Origin: a virus
Taxonomy: Duplodnaviria; Caudoviricetes
Strand: one strand, 5' to 3'
DNA: 64,000 nt
Virus record (IMG/VR): IMGVR_UViG_2850126897_000005
Location: 19,416-83,415 of that record
A program made the position numbers and the translations under genes. The notes below the pieces were generated by a model that was given only the letters and a program-made list of their open reading frames with translations, was not told the DNA's origin and did not search any database. Positions within the stretch are counted from its first letter, which is position 1. Every line of letters starts with the position of its first letter. Shown here in pieces: positions 36,895-46,585 of the stretch.

Positions 36895-38944
36895 AGCGCA
36901 GGAACACAATAGCGACGTATATATTTCAATACGTCGCCATCAAGAAGCCAATAAGCCAGAGTTGCCGAAATCAGCGACTCTGGCTGAACGCATTATGTGG
37001 GATGCCAATAGAGATGATGCCGAGTGGCGTCATGAAATTATTGCGCACGTCCCCGATTTCCTTGCCATCTATTTTGCTACCAAATACGCCAAAATCTTTA
37101 AAAAATCAGGTCGTCGTCGTGCCAATGAATTTTTACGCAAAACCGCTAAGAATGTATTGCCACGATTTGAACGTGTGATGAAACAGTATGAGTTTAAACA
37201 CTATGCATCGGGTAACGTGCCATTTCCTTTTATCGAACAACTGGAAAATATTGCGCAGTTAGATAGAACGGTTATCAAATCACTAGCCAGTGATATTGCT
37301 AGCTTTATGAGTGAAAACTACCAATCAGCAACAGAGCAATACGCGAACAACGACCCACAAAATGAATATGAAGCCCGTGAGCGTTTAGATAAAACCTATT
37401 CATTTATCGCTAAATTAACGCTGCAATCAGGCACACAGCCCCCTTATTGGCAACAATTCATGCATGGCCGCAAGAAACCAACCGACGATCAGCTATGTGC
37501 TGCACTGCTACGCATGTTTGATGCTGCGTGGTGGTACCGTCGTTTAAAACGTTTGTGCGATGTAAAACGTGAACACCTCGCCATTGCGATTGGTCAGGTA
37601 CAAAAATCAGCATCGCCTTATGTCTCTAAAACGACATTGCATCGATGGGTAGAACAAAAGCGCGCTAACTGGCAATACCTAAAAGATTTTGAGTTAGAAG
37701 ATGAGGACGGTAACCGTTCTGATTTATCAAAAATGGTATTGGGTAGCGTGGCAAATCCTGCCGTTCGTCGTTGCGAATTGATGGCGCGAATGCGTGGCTT
37801 TGAGGATTTAGCAGATGAAATGGGTTGTGTGGGCGAGTTCTATACCATCACCGCACCTTCAAAATACCATTCAGCCTACCAAGCAGGCGGCTTTGTCACT
37901 AATTGGATGGGAAATGATCCGCGCGCAACACAAAAGTACCTTTGTGGCGTTTGGCAAAAAATCAGAGCGGCTTACGCAAGAGCTGGCATTCGTGTGTTTG
38001 GCTTTCGCGTTGTTGAACCCCACCACGATGGCACACCACATTGGCATATGTTGTTATTTGTTCGCCCTGAACAGGTAGACGAGCTGCGCGATATCTTTTG
38101 TTATTACGCTCGGTTGGAAGATTCGGAAGAACTGCAATCTTATAAAGCGCTAAAAGCCCGTTTTCATGTAGAGCCTATCGATAAAGAGAAAGGCAGTGCC
38201 ACAGGTTATATCGCTAAGTACATCAGTAAGAATATTGATGGCTATGCTATGGATGATGAAATTGATGAAGAAACAGGACAGAAAGCCAAAGAAATGGCGC
38301 GTTCGGTTTCGGCTTGGGCATCACATCATAAAATTAGACAGTTTCAACAAATAGGCGGTGCACCTGTGTCTGTATGGCGTGAATTACGTCGTATGGGTGA
38401 TGACGTCGAAGCATCAACAGGTTTAGATGTTGAGTTTGCCGAGGTTCACAAAGCGGCAGATACAAGCAATTGGAGCGAGTACACGAAATTACAAGGTGGT
38501 GCATTTGTACGACGAGCTGACCTTATTGCGCGCCTTTGGTATGAGCGTGAAGAAAAGACCAACGCATACGGTGAGCCCGTCGATTGCATCAAGGGGGTTT
38601 ACTGTACTTTGGTGGGTAACGACTCCCCAATTATCACACGCATTAAGAACTGGCAGATTGTGCCGAAGTTAGCCGAAGCGACAGCGGAGGCTGGTTTTGA
38701 TGGCGCGATTAGCGCCCCTTGGAGTTCTGTCAATAACTGTACGGAGGTTCTCGGTACGGTTAAAGATAGAAATGTGGCCATCAATAATATTGTGGATGCA
38801 GCCAAGTCGATTGGGATAATTTTTGACCCTGATAAGGATAAACCAATGTTGCTTTCATTATGGAAAGGAGCTGTTTATACAGAGAATGGCCAAAGCGTGA
38901 GGTTTCACGGGAATGGCCATATTCAGAGGGTAGCGACTAAGTAA
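36887..38944 (+). CDS. Rolling-circle replication endonuclease gpA
   Basis: FYTITAPSKYH, EPHHDGTPHWH (HUH) and YIAKYISKNIDG motifs. Confidence 0.95.
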   Translation: MFEAQEHNSDVYISIRRHQEANKPELPKSATLAERIMWDANRDDAEWRHEIIAHVPDFLAIYFATKYAKIFKKSGRRRANEFLRKTAKNVLPRFERVMKQYEFKHYASGNVPFPFIEQLENIAQLDRTVIKSLASDIASFMSENYQSATEQYANNDPQNEYEARERLDKTYSFIAKLTLQSGTQPPYWQQFMHGRKKPTDDQLCAALLRMFDAAWWYRRLKRLCDVKREHLAIAIGQVQKSASPYVSKTTLHRWVEQKRANWQYLKDFELEDEDGNRSDLSKMVLGSVANPAVRRCELMARMRGFEDLADEMGCVGEFYTITAPSKYHSAYQAGGFVTNWMGNDPRATQKYLCGVWQKIRAAYARAGIRVFGFRVVEPHHDGTPHWHMLLFVRPEQVDELRDIFCYYARLEDSEELQSYKALKARFHVEPIDKEKGSATGYIAKYISKNIDGYAMDDEIDEETGQKAKEMARSVSAWASHHKIRQFQQIGGAPVSVWRELRRMGDDVEASTGLDVEFAEVHKAADTSNWSEYTKLQGGAFVRRADLIARLWYEREEKTNAYGEPVDCIKGVYCTLVGNDSPIITRIKNWQIVPKLAEATAEAGFDGAISAPWSSVNNCTEVLGTVKDRNVAINNIVDAAKSIGIIFDPDKDKPMLLSLWKGAVYTENGQSVRFHGNGHIQRVATK

Positions 38945-38998
38945 TAGTAAAGTAGAAGCATATAAGATAATGGTTAATAAACTATATTACGTAGTTTA

Positions 38999-40099
38999 TT
39001 AGCCATAGTGAAATTCAAAATATTCATTAAGGGCATTTTTAGATTCTATTTTTATTTCTTTTAATTCTATGCAAAGATTAAATAATTTAGTTATTAAAAT
39101 GTTTTTTGTTTCAATGAAATAACTAGGAGGTGGTTCGTTAATTATATCCAAAATACTATTATATACTAACACTAGCATTCCTATATAATTACTAACCGCA
39201 GTCATGAGATAATATATATTTTTATAATTCAAATAATCCATTGTTAAAGCCATTAATTTCTCTTCCTCAGGGTCAATACGTTCAATTTCATTTATTCCCT
39301 CATCTTTTAATGATTTAATTACTGTATCCAAATAATATTCTAGTTGGCTATCTTTGTTTTGTAAGTAACATAGAGTTATTATTTCTTTTATTTTCCTGGA
39401 TAATTTATTGTTAATATCCACTATGCGTATTTTTTCTTTATTACAATGAATAAAACCACTGTATATTTGTTGAATAATTTTATCCACTTCAACGTTTAAA
39501 GAAAAGAAATTGTTTTTTATTTTTGAAATAAATTCACGATCTACGGAATTATTTGCTCCTAATACAGGGTTACTTTTCTTATATATTTCGGAGTACAATG
39601 TGTTAGGTGATAATATAGATATTTCCAATTCTGTTTCTGGTTGTTTTTTTATAACTGATTTAAACTCATCAATAATAAATTTATGATGAGCATAAAAACT
39701 ATCTGAAATATTTTTTTGCTCAGAAACGGAAATTTGTTTTTCAGTTTGTATCGTTCTATGAATATTCGAGACTATAACTCCAAAGATCGGAGATAGTGCC
39801 AGTACACCTAATGGGAGCTTACTTTCATCAAAAAAAACACTAAATCCAGCTGAGTCAAAATTTATCTCGTTTGAAAGAAATACAAAATATTCAAGGTAAA
39901 AGAAAACACCGATAGGCACTATAATTCCTAACCAAAACAAGTATTGCTTATCTAAGCTATCTGATTTTATCTCAAAAGAAACCTCTCTAGTTCCTTTTAA
40001 GGATGCATCAGTTACTAAATAAGATATGGCAAAAAGTACTGCTATTGTGACTAGTAGCATAATCACTGGAATTTGTTCAATAGGTGATGTTCCCTTCAT
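38999..40099 (-). CDS. 3-TM membrane protein, NIHRTIQT family, copy B
   Basis: LFWLGIIVPI, PLGVLALS, SNIHRTIQT; ATGA overlap with copy C. Confidence 0.8.
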   Translation of the reverse strand: MKGTSPIEQIPVIMLLVTIAVLFAISYLVTDASLKGTREVSFEIKSDSLDKQYLFWLGIIVPIGVFFYLEYFVFLSNEINFDSAGFSVFFDESKLPLGVLALSPIFGVIVSNIHRTIQTEKQISVSEQKNISDSFYAHHKFIIDEFKSVIKKQPETELEISILSPNTLYSEIYKKSNPVLGANNSVDREFISKIKNNFFSLNVEVDKIIQQIYSGFIHCNKEKIRIVDINNKLSRKIKEIITLCYLQNKDSQLEYYLDTVIKSLKDEGINEIERIDPEEEKLMALTMDYLNYKNIYYLMTAVSNYIGMLVLVYNSILDIINEPPPSYFIETKNILITKLFNLCIELKEIKIESKNALNEYFEFHYG

Positions 40100-41139
40100 T
40101 TTACATCCTTGTTATATTTTACTGATGCTTGCCCTAACTGTTTTCTAATCATATATTTACCATAAAAATTTTGAGTAAACTTATTTTCGATTGAAAAATC
40201 ATACCCTATAGAATAGAGTAATTTTTCTATGAATTTATCAATTTCTCGTAGTGCTTCCCATATATTATGCATGATATTTAATTGATGATAAGTTTCACCC
40301 TTATCATAATCATAAGTAAAATCTAAGTATTTGTAATTCTCTTGCTCTAAACCAAAGTGCTCAAATAGATAAATTATGCTATCGTGTATGTCATAAATAA
40401 TTTTGTTTATTCTTGTTTCATTTCCTACATACCTTATTATTGTTTCATCTGAGTTAATATGAAAATTCATCAGGTAACTCGTGGAATGTTTGTATAAATC
40501 ACCATATAGCTTATCTAGTTCAGTAATGAAATTATTAGATATGGCATTATTAGCACCTGCTAGAACAGATGACTCTTTGAAAATATCTCTATATAATTTC
40601 ATTCTGCTTTTTATTGTATATTCACATGATAAAAACCCAACTTTAAATTCTTTTAATTCATCACATATTATTTTCATGTGGGAGTTAAAAGAATCAAAGT
40701 TGTTTTTTAATTTTGTTATTTTTATTTGATCTTCCGTTCTTTCAATTTGTTCTTTTGTTTGTATAGTTCTATGAATATTTGATACGAATACCCCAAATAT
40801 TGGAGAGAATGCTAGAATACCCAAAGGTAATTTACTTATTTCAAGAAATTTATTATATCCTTGCCAAGAGCTATCTAATTCAGTTCCATACCAAGCAACA
40901 ATCCCAAATAAAATAAAAGAGAATATTGGTAATAATATAGCTATCCAAAATAAATTTTGTTTATCTAAACTATCAGGTGTTAATTTGACCATCTCCCTAG
41001 CTCTTTTACAAAAAAGAATGAGAAGAATAGTTGGTGGAAAAATACACACGATGAGTATGAACCACCAATTTAACTGCGTTTGTTTTTTATTTTTTTTATT
41101 TTGTTCAATATCCATACCACCCCCTATCAAAATTTGCAC
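40096..41139 (-). CDS. 3-TM membrane protein, NIHRTIQT family, copy C (start may be ATG 41115)
   Basis: LFWIAILLPI, PLGILAFS, SNIHRTIQT. Confidence 0.8.
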   Translation of the reverse strand: MQILIGGGMDIEQNKKNKKQTQLNWWFILIVCIFPPTILLILFCKRAREMVKLTPDSLDKQNLFWIAILLPIFSFILFGIVAWYGTELDSSWQGYNKFLEISKLPLGILAFSPIFGVFVSNIHRTIQTKEQIERTEDQIKITKLKNNFDSFNSHMKIICDELKEFKVGFLSCEYTIKSRMKLYRDIFKESSVLAGANNAISNNFITELDKLYGDLYKHSTSYLMNFHINSDETIIRYVGNETRINKIIYDIHDSIIYLFEHFGLEQENYKYLDFTYDYDKGETYHQLNIMHNIWEALREIDKFIEKLLYSIGYDFSIENKFTQNFYGKYMIRKQLGQASVKYNKDVK

Positions 41140-41193
41140 AGAATTCTAATCGATCAAAAAATTTTAAACTACCTCTTTCATACTAGGTAAATT

Positions 41194-41213
41194 TACTGTA
41201 TAAATAACCAGTA
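41194..41213. promoter_or_regulatory. LexA (SOS) box overlapping the tum promoter
   Basis: TACTGTATAAATAACCAGTA (CTG-N10-CAG); plus-strand TTTCAT-N17-TATAAA at 41176-41204. Confidence 0.85.
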
Positions 41214-41242
41214 AAGTGATTTTATGTAAGAGGATCATGTAG

Positions 41243-41449
41243 ATGCTAGAGGCGTCAGTGGCGTTGGAACGGATAGAAATCATCGCCAGGTTTGGGAGTT
41301 TGGATTTATGTAATGATAAAGAGCGCCAAGTTGTATTAGCGCTGATTATGGAAATCGCAGAGGACACACGCAGAATTGAGAAACATAAAATAAAAAAGTC
41401 ACTCGAAAGTGACCAACGGAAAGCAGCTTTAAACGGGGCTGGACTTTAA
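41243..41449 (+). CDS. tum: Tum-like SOS antirepressor
   Basis: VALERIEIIARF...KERQVVLALIMEIA resembles 186/Fels-2 Tum; LexA box upstream. Confidence 0.78.
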   Translation: MLEASVALERIEIIARFGSLDLCNDKERQVVLALIMEIAEDTRRIEKHKIKKSLESDQRKAALNGAGL

Positions 41450-41692
41450 CAAGTCTAGCGCCATTTGGCGCTGTTCAGGGTTTAAATTCTGTATCATCGA
41501 ACCAATCATTTTATTACTTTTCGCGCTTGGGCTAATCGTATGGTCAAACGTCAGGCTTAATACATAAGTATGGCCGCATTCGACGTCACTACATGCACAA
41601 TAGAGATCTGAAATTTCACGATGCTTTCTATTTGATTTACGAATAATCGCCTTTTCCCCACACTCAGGGCAGAATATTTTTAATACTCGCAT
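41429..41692 (-). CDS. ogr: Ogr/Delta-family late activator
   Basis: CPECG...LYCACSDVECGH zinc finger; start set at ATG 41692. Confidence 0.88.
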   Translation of the reverse strand: MRVLKIFCPECGEKAIIRKSNRKHREISDLYCACSDVECGHTYVLSLTFDHTISPSAKSNKMIGSMIQNLNPEQRQMALDLLKSSPV

Positions 41693-41802
41693 GTTCCAAA
41701 TCTCCGCTTGATAATGACCCCGTAATTTTAGCTTATTTTTACACATTTTTCATTTCCCTATGAACATTAAATTCCGTAAACATCATTAATTTTGCGTTAT
41801 TT

Positions 41803-42828
41803 TTAATTAAATTGGTGGCTATCTTCTTGAAAAGTGATCTTTAAATGATCGGGCACCTCACCATCATTATTTATCGCGTTTGCAAACATGCGCTGAACAG
41901 GAATAATTTCATCTTGTCGGTACGCTTCACGGGCATTGCGCGGGTCACCTAAGCCGCCAACATTGCCAGGAATAATCCCTGCCAACCCCGCAGGGAAACG
42001 ATGTGCGGTTAAAATATCCTGCGCACTGATGTTTTTCACATTACTAAATTCATCATTGGCCGAAATATCACCAACAGGAATAAACTTGATACCGTCCGCA
42101 TCCCCATTGGGAATATGCACAAACATGGTTTCAAAGTTACCAATCCCTTTGCTTTGCTCTAATTTTTTGGTGATCATCACTTCCACTTCATCGGTGAGCA
42201 TTGGATCATTACAAAAAATCATTCCCCCAGTATGTGCCCCGTTGTGGTAGTAACGACGACGAAAGATGGTGGCCTCACTGTTTAACATGGCCGCATGAAT
42301 GCCCCCGATATAATCAGGAATGCCATAAACTTGCTGTTGGGGGTCATACTGTTTTATGTAAATCACATCGTCGGGGGTATACACCATCGGCTCACCTTCT
42401 TGCAAAATCACAAAATCATCGTTTTTGCGACGACGCATAAACAGCGCTGGCAGCACATACAGCCCAACCACTTCCCCGTAATAATTGCGCAGCTTTAAGA
42501 TGGGCGTATCACCAAACACAATATAATCCAACACGCTGGCACGCAGCTCCTGATGCGTGAGGCCACCGCCTTGGTAATCCGATAACACCATATTGGCACG
42601 CGCATGAATAACGCCCCCGTGTTGGCCATTTAAATTCACCAATTGCGCCAAGGCGGTGCGGTCTATCGGTAAGCTGTAATGGTCATAATCATTGTCATAC
42701 CAAATGTTTTGGTATTCCGTATGGGTGGTTAAAATGGGTTCTGGCTTGCCTAATGTGATGATGTTCATCGATTTTTGGCTCGTAGTTTGCTTTTGTGCGG
42801 TTTTCCGTAACTTTTTCTTACTCATCAT
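41803..42828 (-). CDS. Portal protein (gpQ, PBSX type)
   Basis: YDPQQQVYGIPDY and AHRFPAGLAG motifs. Confidence 0.93.
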   Translation of the reverse strand: MMSKKKLRKTAQKQTTSQKSMNIITLGKPEPILTTHTEYQNIWYDNDYDHYSLPIDRTALAQLVNLNGQHGGVIHARANMVLSDYQGGGLTHQELRASVLDYIVFGDTPILKLRNYYGEVVGLYVLPALFMRRRKNDDFVILQEGEPMVYTPDDVIYIKQYDPQQQVYGIPDYIGGIHAAMLNSEATIFRRRYYHNGAHTGGMIFCNDPMLTDEVEVMITKKLEQSKGIGNFETMFVHIPNGDADGIKFIPVGDISANDEFSNVKNISAQDILTAHRFPAGLAGIIPGNVGGLGDPRNAREAYRQDEIIPVQRMFANAINNDGEVPDHLKITFQEDSHQFN

Positions 42829-44603
42829 GCAGCCTTTTGAAATTTATATTTAGATTTACGCTGTCTTTCATTGTTTAGCGGTTCGTTGGCCACGGCGTGT
42901 GAGGTGGCAAAAAACACGTCTGCGTGACCCGTTTCCTTACTGCGATCCGCGATAAAGGTCATTGAGCCCCCTTTACCCGTGGTGGTGTGCCGAATGGCTA
43001 AGAAGCTGGCCATAATTTCTTTTTGCTCGACGTCCCAGGCAATGCGCTGCTCATCCACCAAATCAATCATTTTGAGCACCAGTTGAGTTTTGGTGTTTTG
43101 GCTGTAGTGAATGGCGGTAGTGACGCGCGGAGCAAAGTCGGCCACCATCTCATATACCCCGTGACCAATCCCTGTGGTATCGATGCCGATGTGGGTAAAA
43201 CGGTATTGGCTGTACAGGTCTTGGATTTGTTTGGCTTGGTGTTTCCAGCTCATGCCTTGCCAATAAAAAGTGGCGAGGACGCGAAAATATTCCCCTGCCA
43301 CCAAAGGCGGTGCAACTATCACAAAGGTGGACGTATCCCCTGAACGTGCAGGGTCGTAACCGCCCCAAACCTCTTTATCACCAAACGGCCGTGGGGCATT
43401 AATATCGTGATCATCCCAAACACCAATATCGATGGCACATTTTTCAAGGTCGTTATATTTGAAAACCGACGCACCACTGTCGACAAACACGCACATATAC
43501 AGCATATTAAAGGTGTCTTTGTTATAGCGGTTGCGCAGTTTTTCAATGGATGCCAGGTTAAACCCGTTTCGGACGGCATCTTCAATTGTAATGACATATC
43601 GCCACTGGCCATCGGGGCAATCACGGCCACCGTCTTGCATCTCTTCAAAGCTTGGGAATTCCACATTCTTACGTTTGGCATCACTGCCGCGCCACTCGTC
43701 ACCTGTCCAAAATGGGTAAGCAGGATGGGTTTTGGCGCTGGGCGTGGAAAAATAAGTGGTGCGCCATTTATCGTGGGTCGCCATCGCAGAGGCCACTTCA
43801 TTCAGGCGTTTAAAATCAGGTACCCAAAAGTATTCATCGCAATACAAATGGCCACTGTATGACTGTGCGGTGTTTTTATTGGTGGATAAGAAGCGCAGCT
43901 CTGCGCCATTGCTTAAACGGATAGGGTTACCCGTGAGCGTGACACCAAAGAATTTGTCCGCGATATTGACGATATAAGAACGGAACACCTCCGCTTGTGG
44001 TCGTGAAGCGGATAAAAAGATTTGCGGGTCGCCAGTGAGTACCGCGTCTTCAAACGCTTCAAAGGCAAAATACCAGGTCGCCCCAATTTGGCGTGACTTG
44101 AGGATATTGCGAATGACCTTTTTAATATTAATGCGCAGGTGTTTTTGGTAGCCAAATAGCATTTCATCCGCGAATTTTTGAAAGTCTTCAGGGGTCAGTT
44201 CAGAGATATCATTTTTCTTATAACGACGTTTTTTCTTACTTTCGCCATCGTCGCTTGTACTGTATTCCCCGCCAGACTCCGCTTGCGCTTTGATTTCAGC
44301 CAGCTTTTCTTTGTGCTTATTGGCCTGCGCCATCAATTTGACGTGATGGGCTATCAGTCTGTCGAGCTCCTCCAGTTCAAGTTCCGTTTTTTTATTGCGC
44401 TCCGATAACAGCGCAATGCGCCGGTTAATTGCCTCTAACACGCTCTCATGGTTGAGCATATCCGCCCAGCACCACTTTTGCGCCCAATAGTAGACAATCC
44501 GCCTGTTAGGCAGGTTAAGTTCCTCCGCGATTTCAGCAGGGGTATAGCGTCGCAAGTAAAGTGACTTGGCGACCTGTATTTTTGCATCTGAGTGTTTAGC
44601 CAT
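42825..44603 (-). CDS. Terminase ATPase subunit (gpP)
   Basis: KSRQIGATWYFA, LYCDEYFW and GYDPA motifs; N-terminal HTH. Confidence 0.94.
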   Translation of the reverse strand: MAKHSDAKIQVAKSLYLRRYTPAEIAEELNLPNRRIVYYWAQKWCWADMLNHESVLEAINRRIALLSERNKKTELELEELDRLIAHHVKLMAQANKHKEKLAEIKAQAESGGEYSTSDDGESKKKRRYKKNDISELTPEDFQKFADEMLFGYQKHLRINIKKVIRNILKSRQIGATWYFAFEAFEDAVLTGDPQIFLSASRPQAEVFRSYIVNIADKFFGVTLTGNPIRLSNGAELRFLSTNKNTAQSYSGHLYCDEYFWVPDFKRLNEVASAMATHDKWRTTYFSTPSAKTHPAYPFWTGDEWRGSDAKRKNVEFPSFEEMQDGGRDCPDGQWRYVITIEDAVRNGFNLASIEKLRNRYNKDTFNMLYMCVFVDSGASVFKYNDLEKCAIDIGVWDDHDINAPRPFGDKEVWGGYDPARSGDTSTFVIVAPPLVAGEYFRVLATFYWQGMSWKHQAKQIQDLYSQYRFTHIGIDTTGIGHGVYEMVADFAPRVTTAIHYSQNTKTQLVLKMIDLVDEQRIAWDVEQKEIMASFLAIRHTTTGKGGSMTFIADRSKETGHADVFFATSHAVANEPLNNERQRKSKYKFQKAA

Positions 44604-44650
44604 AGTGGTGCCATTGTGCAATGTTCAGAAATTGCAGGCATCTACCTGTT

Positions 44651-44674
44651 TTCGGTAATGGCGGGATAACCGAA
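44651..44674. promoter_or_regulatory. Candidate late-activator site between the divergent late operons
   Basis: TTCGGT-N12-ACCGAA inverted repeat. Confidence 0.5.
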
Positions 44675-44751
44675 CTCAACCATTCGCACCGTGAATAAGA
44701 ATTGGCAATACTGATGGCTCAAAAGGAACGGAATGCAGCTAAGGATTTTGA

Positions 44752-45507
44752 ATGTCGCAATTACGCACAACATGGCTCTGCATTGCCACGGAAGGTGAAA
44801 CCGTTGATGGTCGGGAAATTCTGCCCGAGGAAATTATCGAAATGGCAGAAACCTATGATACCGATTTGTATACCGCCATGATTTGGCCTCGACACAATAA
44901 GCCAGGCGAAGACCGCGGTGACCCACTGGGTGAGGTTATTGAGTTACAAGCGGATACCGATGAAAGCGATACGTTACGTTTGTATGCGGTACTTAGGCCT
45001 TTTACCCGCTTATTGGAAATGAACAGCCAAAACCGTGGGGTGTTTACCTCGGTCGAGATGAATACCGATTTTCGCAATTCAGGCGTGACATATTTAGAAG
45101 GCTTGGCGGTAACGGACACCCCAGCCAGTGTAGGTACGACAAGGCTAGACTTTAGTCGTCAAAAACAAAGGAAACGAAAAATGGCAAAACCCGCAAAGAA
45201 AACATGGCGTCAGCACTTTGGCATTGAAGAAGTCAAAGAAGAAAAGCCAACCGAAACCACTGTTGATGATGAAGTGTTATCGGGCATGGCGGCAGATTTG
45301 GCGGCAGCACTGACTAAAATCGCTGAATTAGAAACCATGTTGGAACAAGCGCAAAGTGATGTGGAAGTGGTGAAAGACGTGGTAGACACCGAAGATTTCG
45401 CCAAGCTGCGCGACAACTTACCGGAAATCACCAAATCATTCAGCAAAGTGGCGACCCCACTCCCAGGGAAAAACCCCGCAGGCCGTAAAGAGTTTGTACA
45501 CCTCTAA
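44752..45507 (+). CDS. Capsid scaffolding protein (gpO)
   Basis: IATEGETVDGR and YLEGLAVTDTPASVGT motifs. Confidence 0.93.
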   Translation: MSQLRTTWLCIATEGETVDGREILPEEIIEMAETYDTDLYTAMIWPRHNKPGEDRGDPLGEVIELQADTDESDTLRLYAVLRPFTRLLEMNSQNRGVFTSVEMNTDFRNSGVTYLEGLAVTDTPASVGTTRLDFSRQKQRKRKMAKPAKKTWRQHFGIEEVKEEKPTETTVDDEVLSGMAADLAAALTKIAELETMLEQAQSDVEVVKDVVDTEDFAKLRDNLPEITKSFSKVATPLPGKNPAGRKEFVHL

Positions 45508-45553
45508 TCCGTTGTGATCAGAGCCCATTACTGAATTTTGGAGAGGGATTTCC

Positions 45554-46585
45554 ATGTTTTTAAACAATACGGCCAGAACGTATTTAAAAGGCCATAAATC
45601 AGGCCTTGAACGCTCATACAACATTGATGATGCGTCGAAATATTTTGCCATCACCGAACCCAAAGAAATTGCGTTGCGTAAAGCGATTATGGAATCCGTT
45701 GAGTTTCTCAACCTGATTTACTGCGCGGACGTTGACCAATTGGCTGGCCAAGTGATTTCGGTGGGTAACCCTGGGTTATTCACGGGGCGTAAAAAAGGTG
45801 GCCGTTTCATGCGTGAAACGGGGATTGATGGCAATGAGTATAAATTAGCCGAAACCGACTCAGGGGCGTTTTTACCGTGGGATGTGCTGTCCGTTTGGGC
45901 AAACTCAGGCGGTGAAAATGAGTTTTACCAACGGATGCAAAATTTCGTGAATGAAAGCTTTGCCCTCGACATGTTGCGTATTGGTTTTAACGGTACCCAT
46001 GTGGCCGATAGCACAGACGCGAAAAAGTACCCGAACGGGGAAGATGTGAACAAAGGGTGGCACCAAATCGCCAAAGAATGGGACGGGGGTAAACAAGTGA
46101 TCTCCGAATCCATCACTTTGGATGAAAAAGGCGATTTCCGTTCACTCGATGCGATGGCGCAAGAGGTGGTAAATACCTGTATTCCTGTGCAATACCGCAC
46201 CGACCCACGCCTTGTGGTGTTAGTGGGTGCTGACTTGGTGGCTGCGGAGCAGCATCGCTTATATCAAGCCGCTGACCGCCCAACGGAGAAAATTGCCGCG
46301 CAATTACTGGGTACCACTATCGCTGGCCGAGCCGCCTACATCCCGCCATTTATGCCAGGGAAACGCTTAGTGGTTACGACGTTATCCAACTTACACCTGT
46401 ACACGCAGCGCAATACGCGCCAGCGTAAAGCGGAATTTGTGGATGACCGTAAACAGTATGAAAACAATTACCTCCGTAATGAGGGTTATGCGTTGGAATA
46501 CCCTGAGCTGTACGGAGCAATTGATGAGTCAGCGGTCACTATCGGTGAATTGATTGAGCCGAAAGACACGGTAGAGACAGACTAA
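45554..46585 (+). CDS. Major capsid protein (gpN)
   Basis: ALDMLRIGFNG and DVNKGW motifs. Confidence 0.94.
   Translation: MFLNNTARTYLKGHKSGLERSYNIDDASKYFAITEPKEIALRKAIMESVEFLNLIYCADVDQLAGQVISVGNPGLFTGRKKGGRFMRETGIDGNEYKLAETDSGAFLPWDVLSVWANSGGENEFYQRMQNFVNESFALDMLRIGFNGTHVADSTDAKKYPNGEDVNKGWHQIAKEWDGGKQVISESITLDEKGDFRSLDAMAQEVVNTCIPVQYRTDPRLVVLVGADLVAAEQHRLYQAADRPTEKIAAQLLGTTIAGRAAYIPPFMPGKRLVVTTLSNLHLYTQRNTRQRKAEFVDDRKQYENNYLRNEGYALEYPELYGAIDESAVTIGELIEPKDTVETD

Noticed and set aside
41164-41367. 67-aa minus-strand ORF upstream of copy C
   Set aside because: Overlaps tum and the LexA/promoter region; no supporting features.
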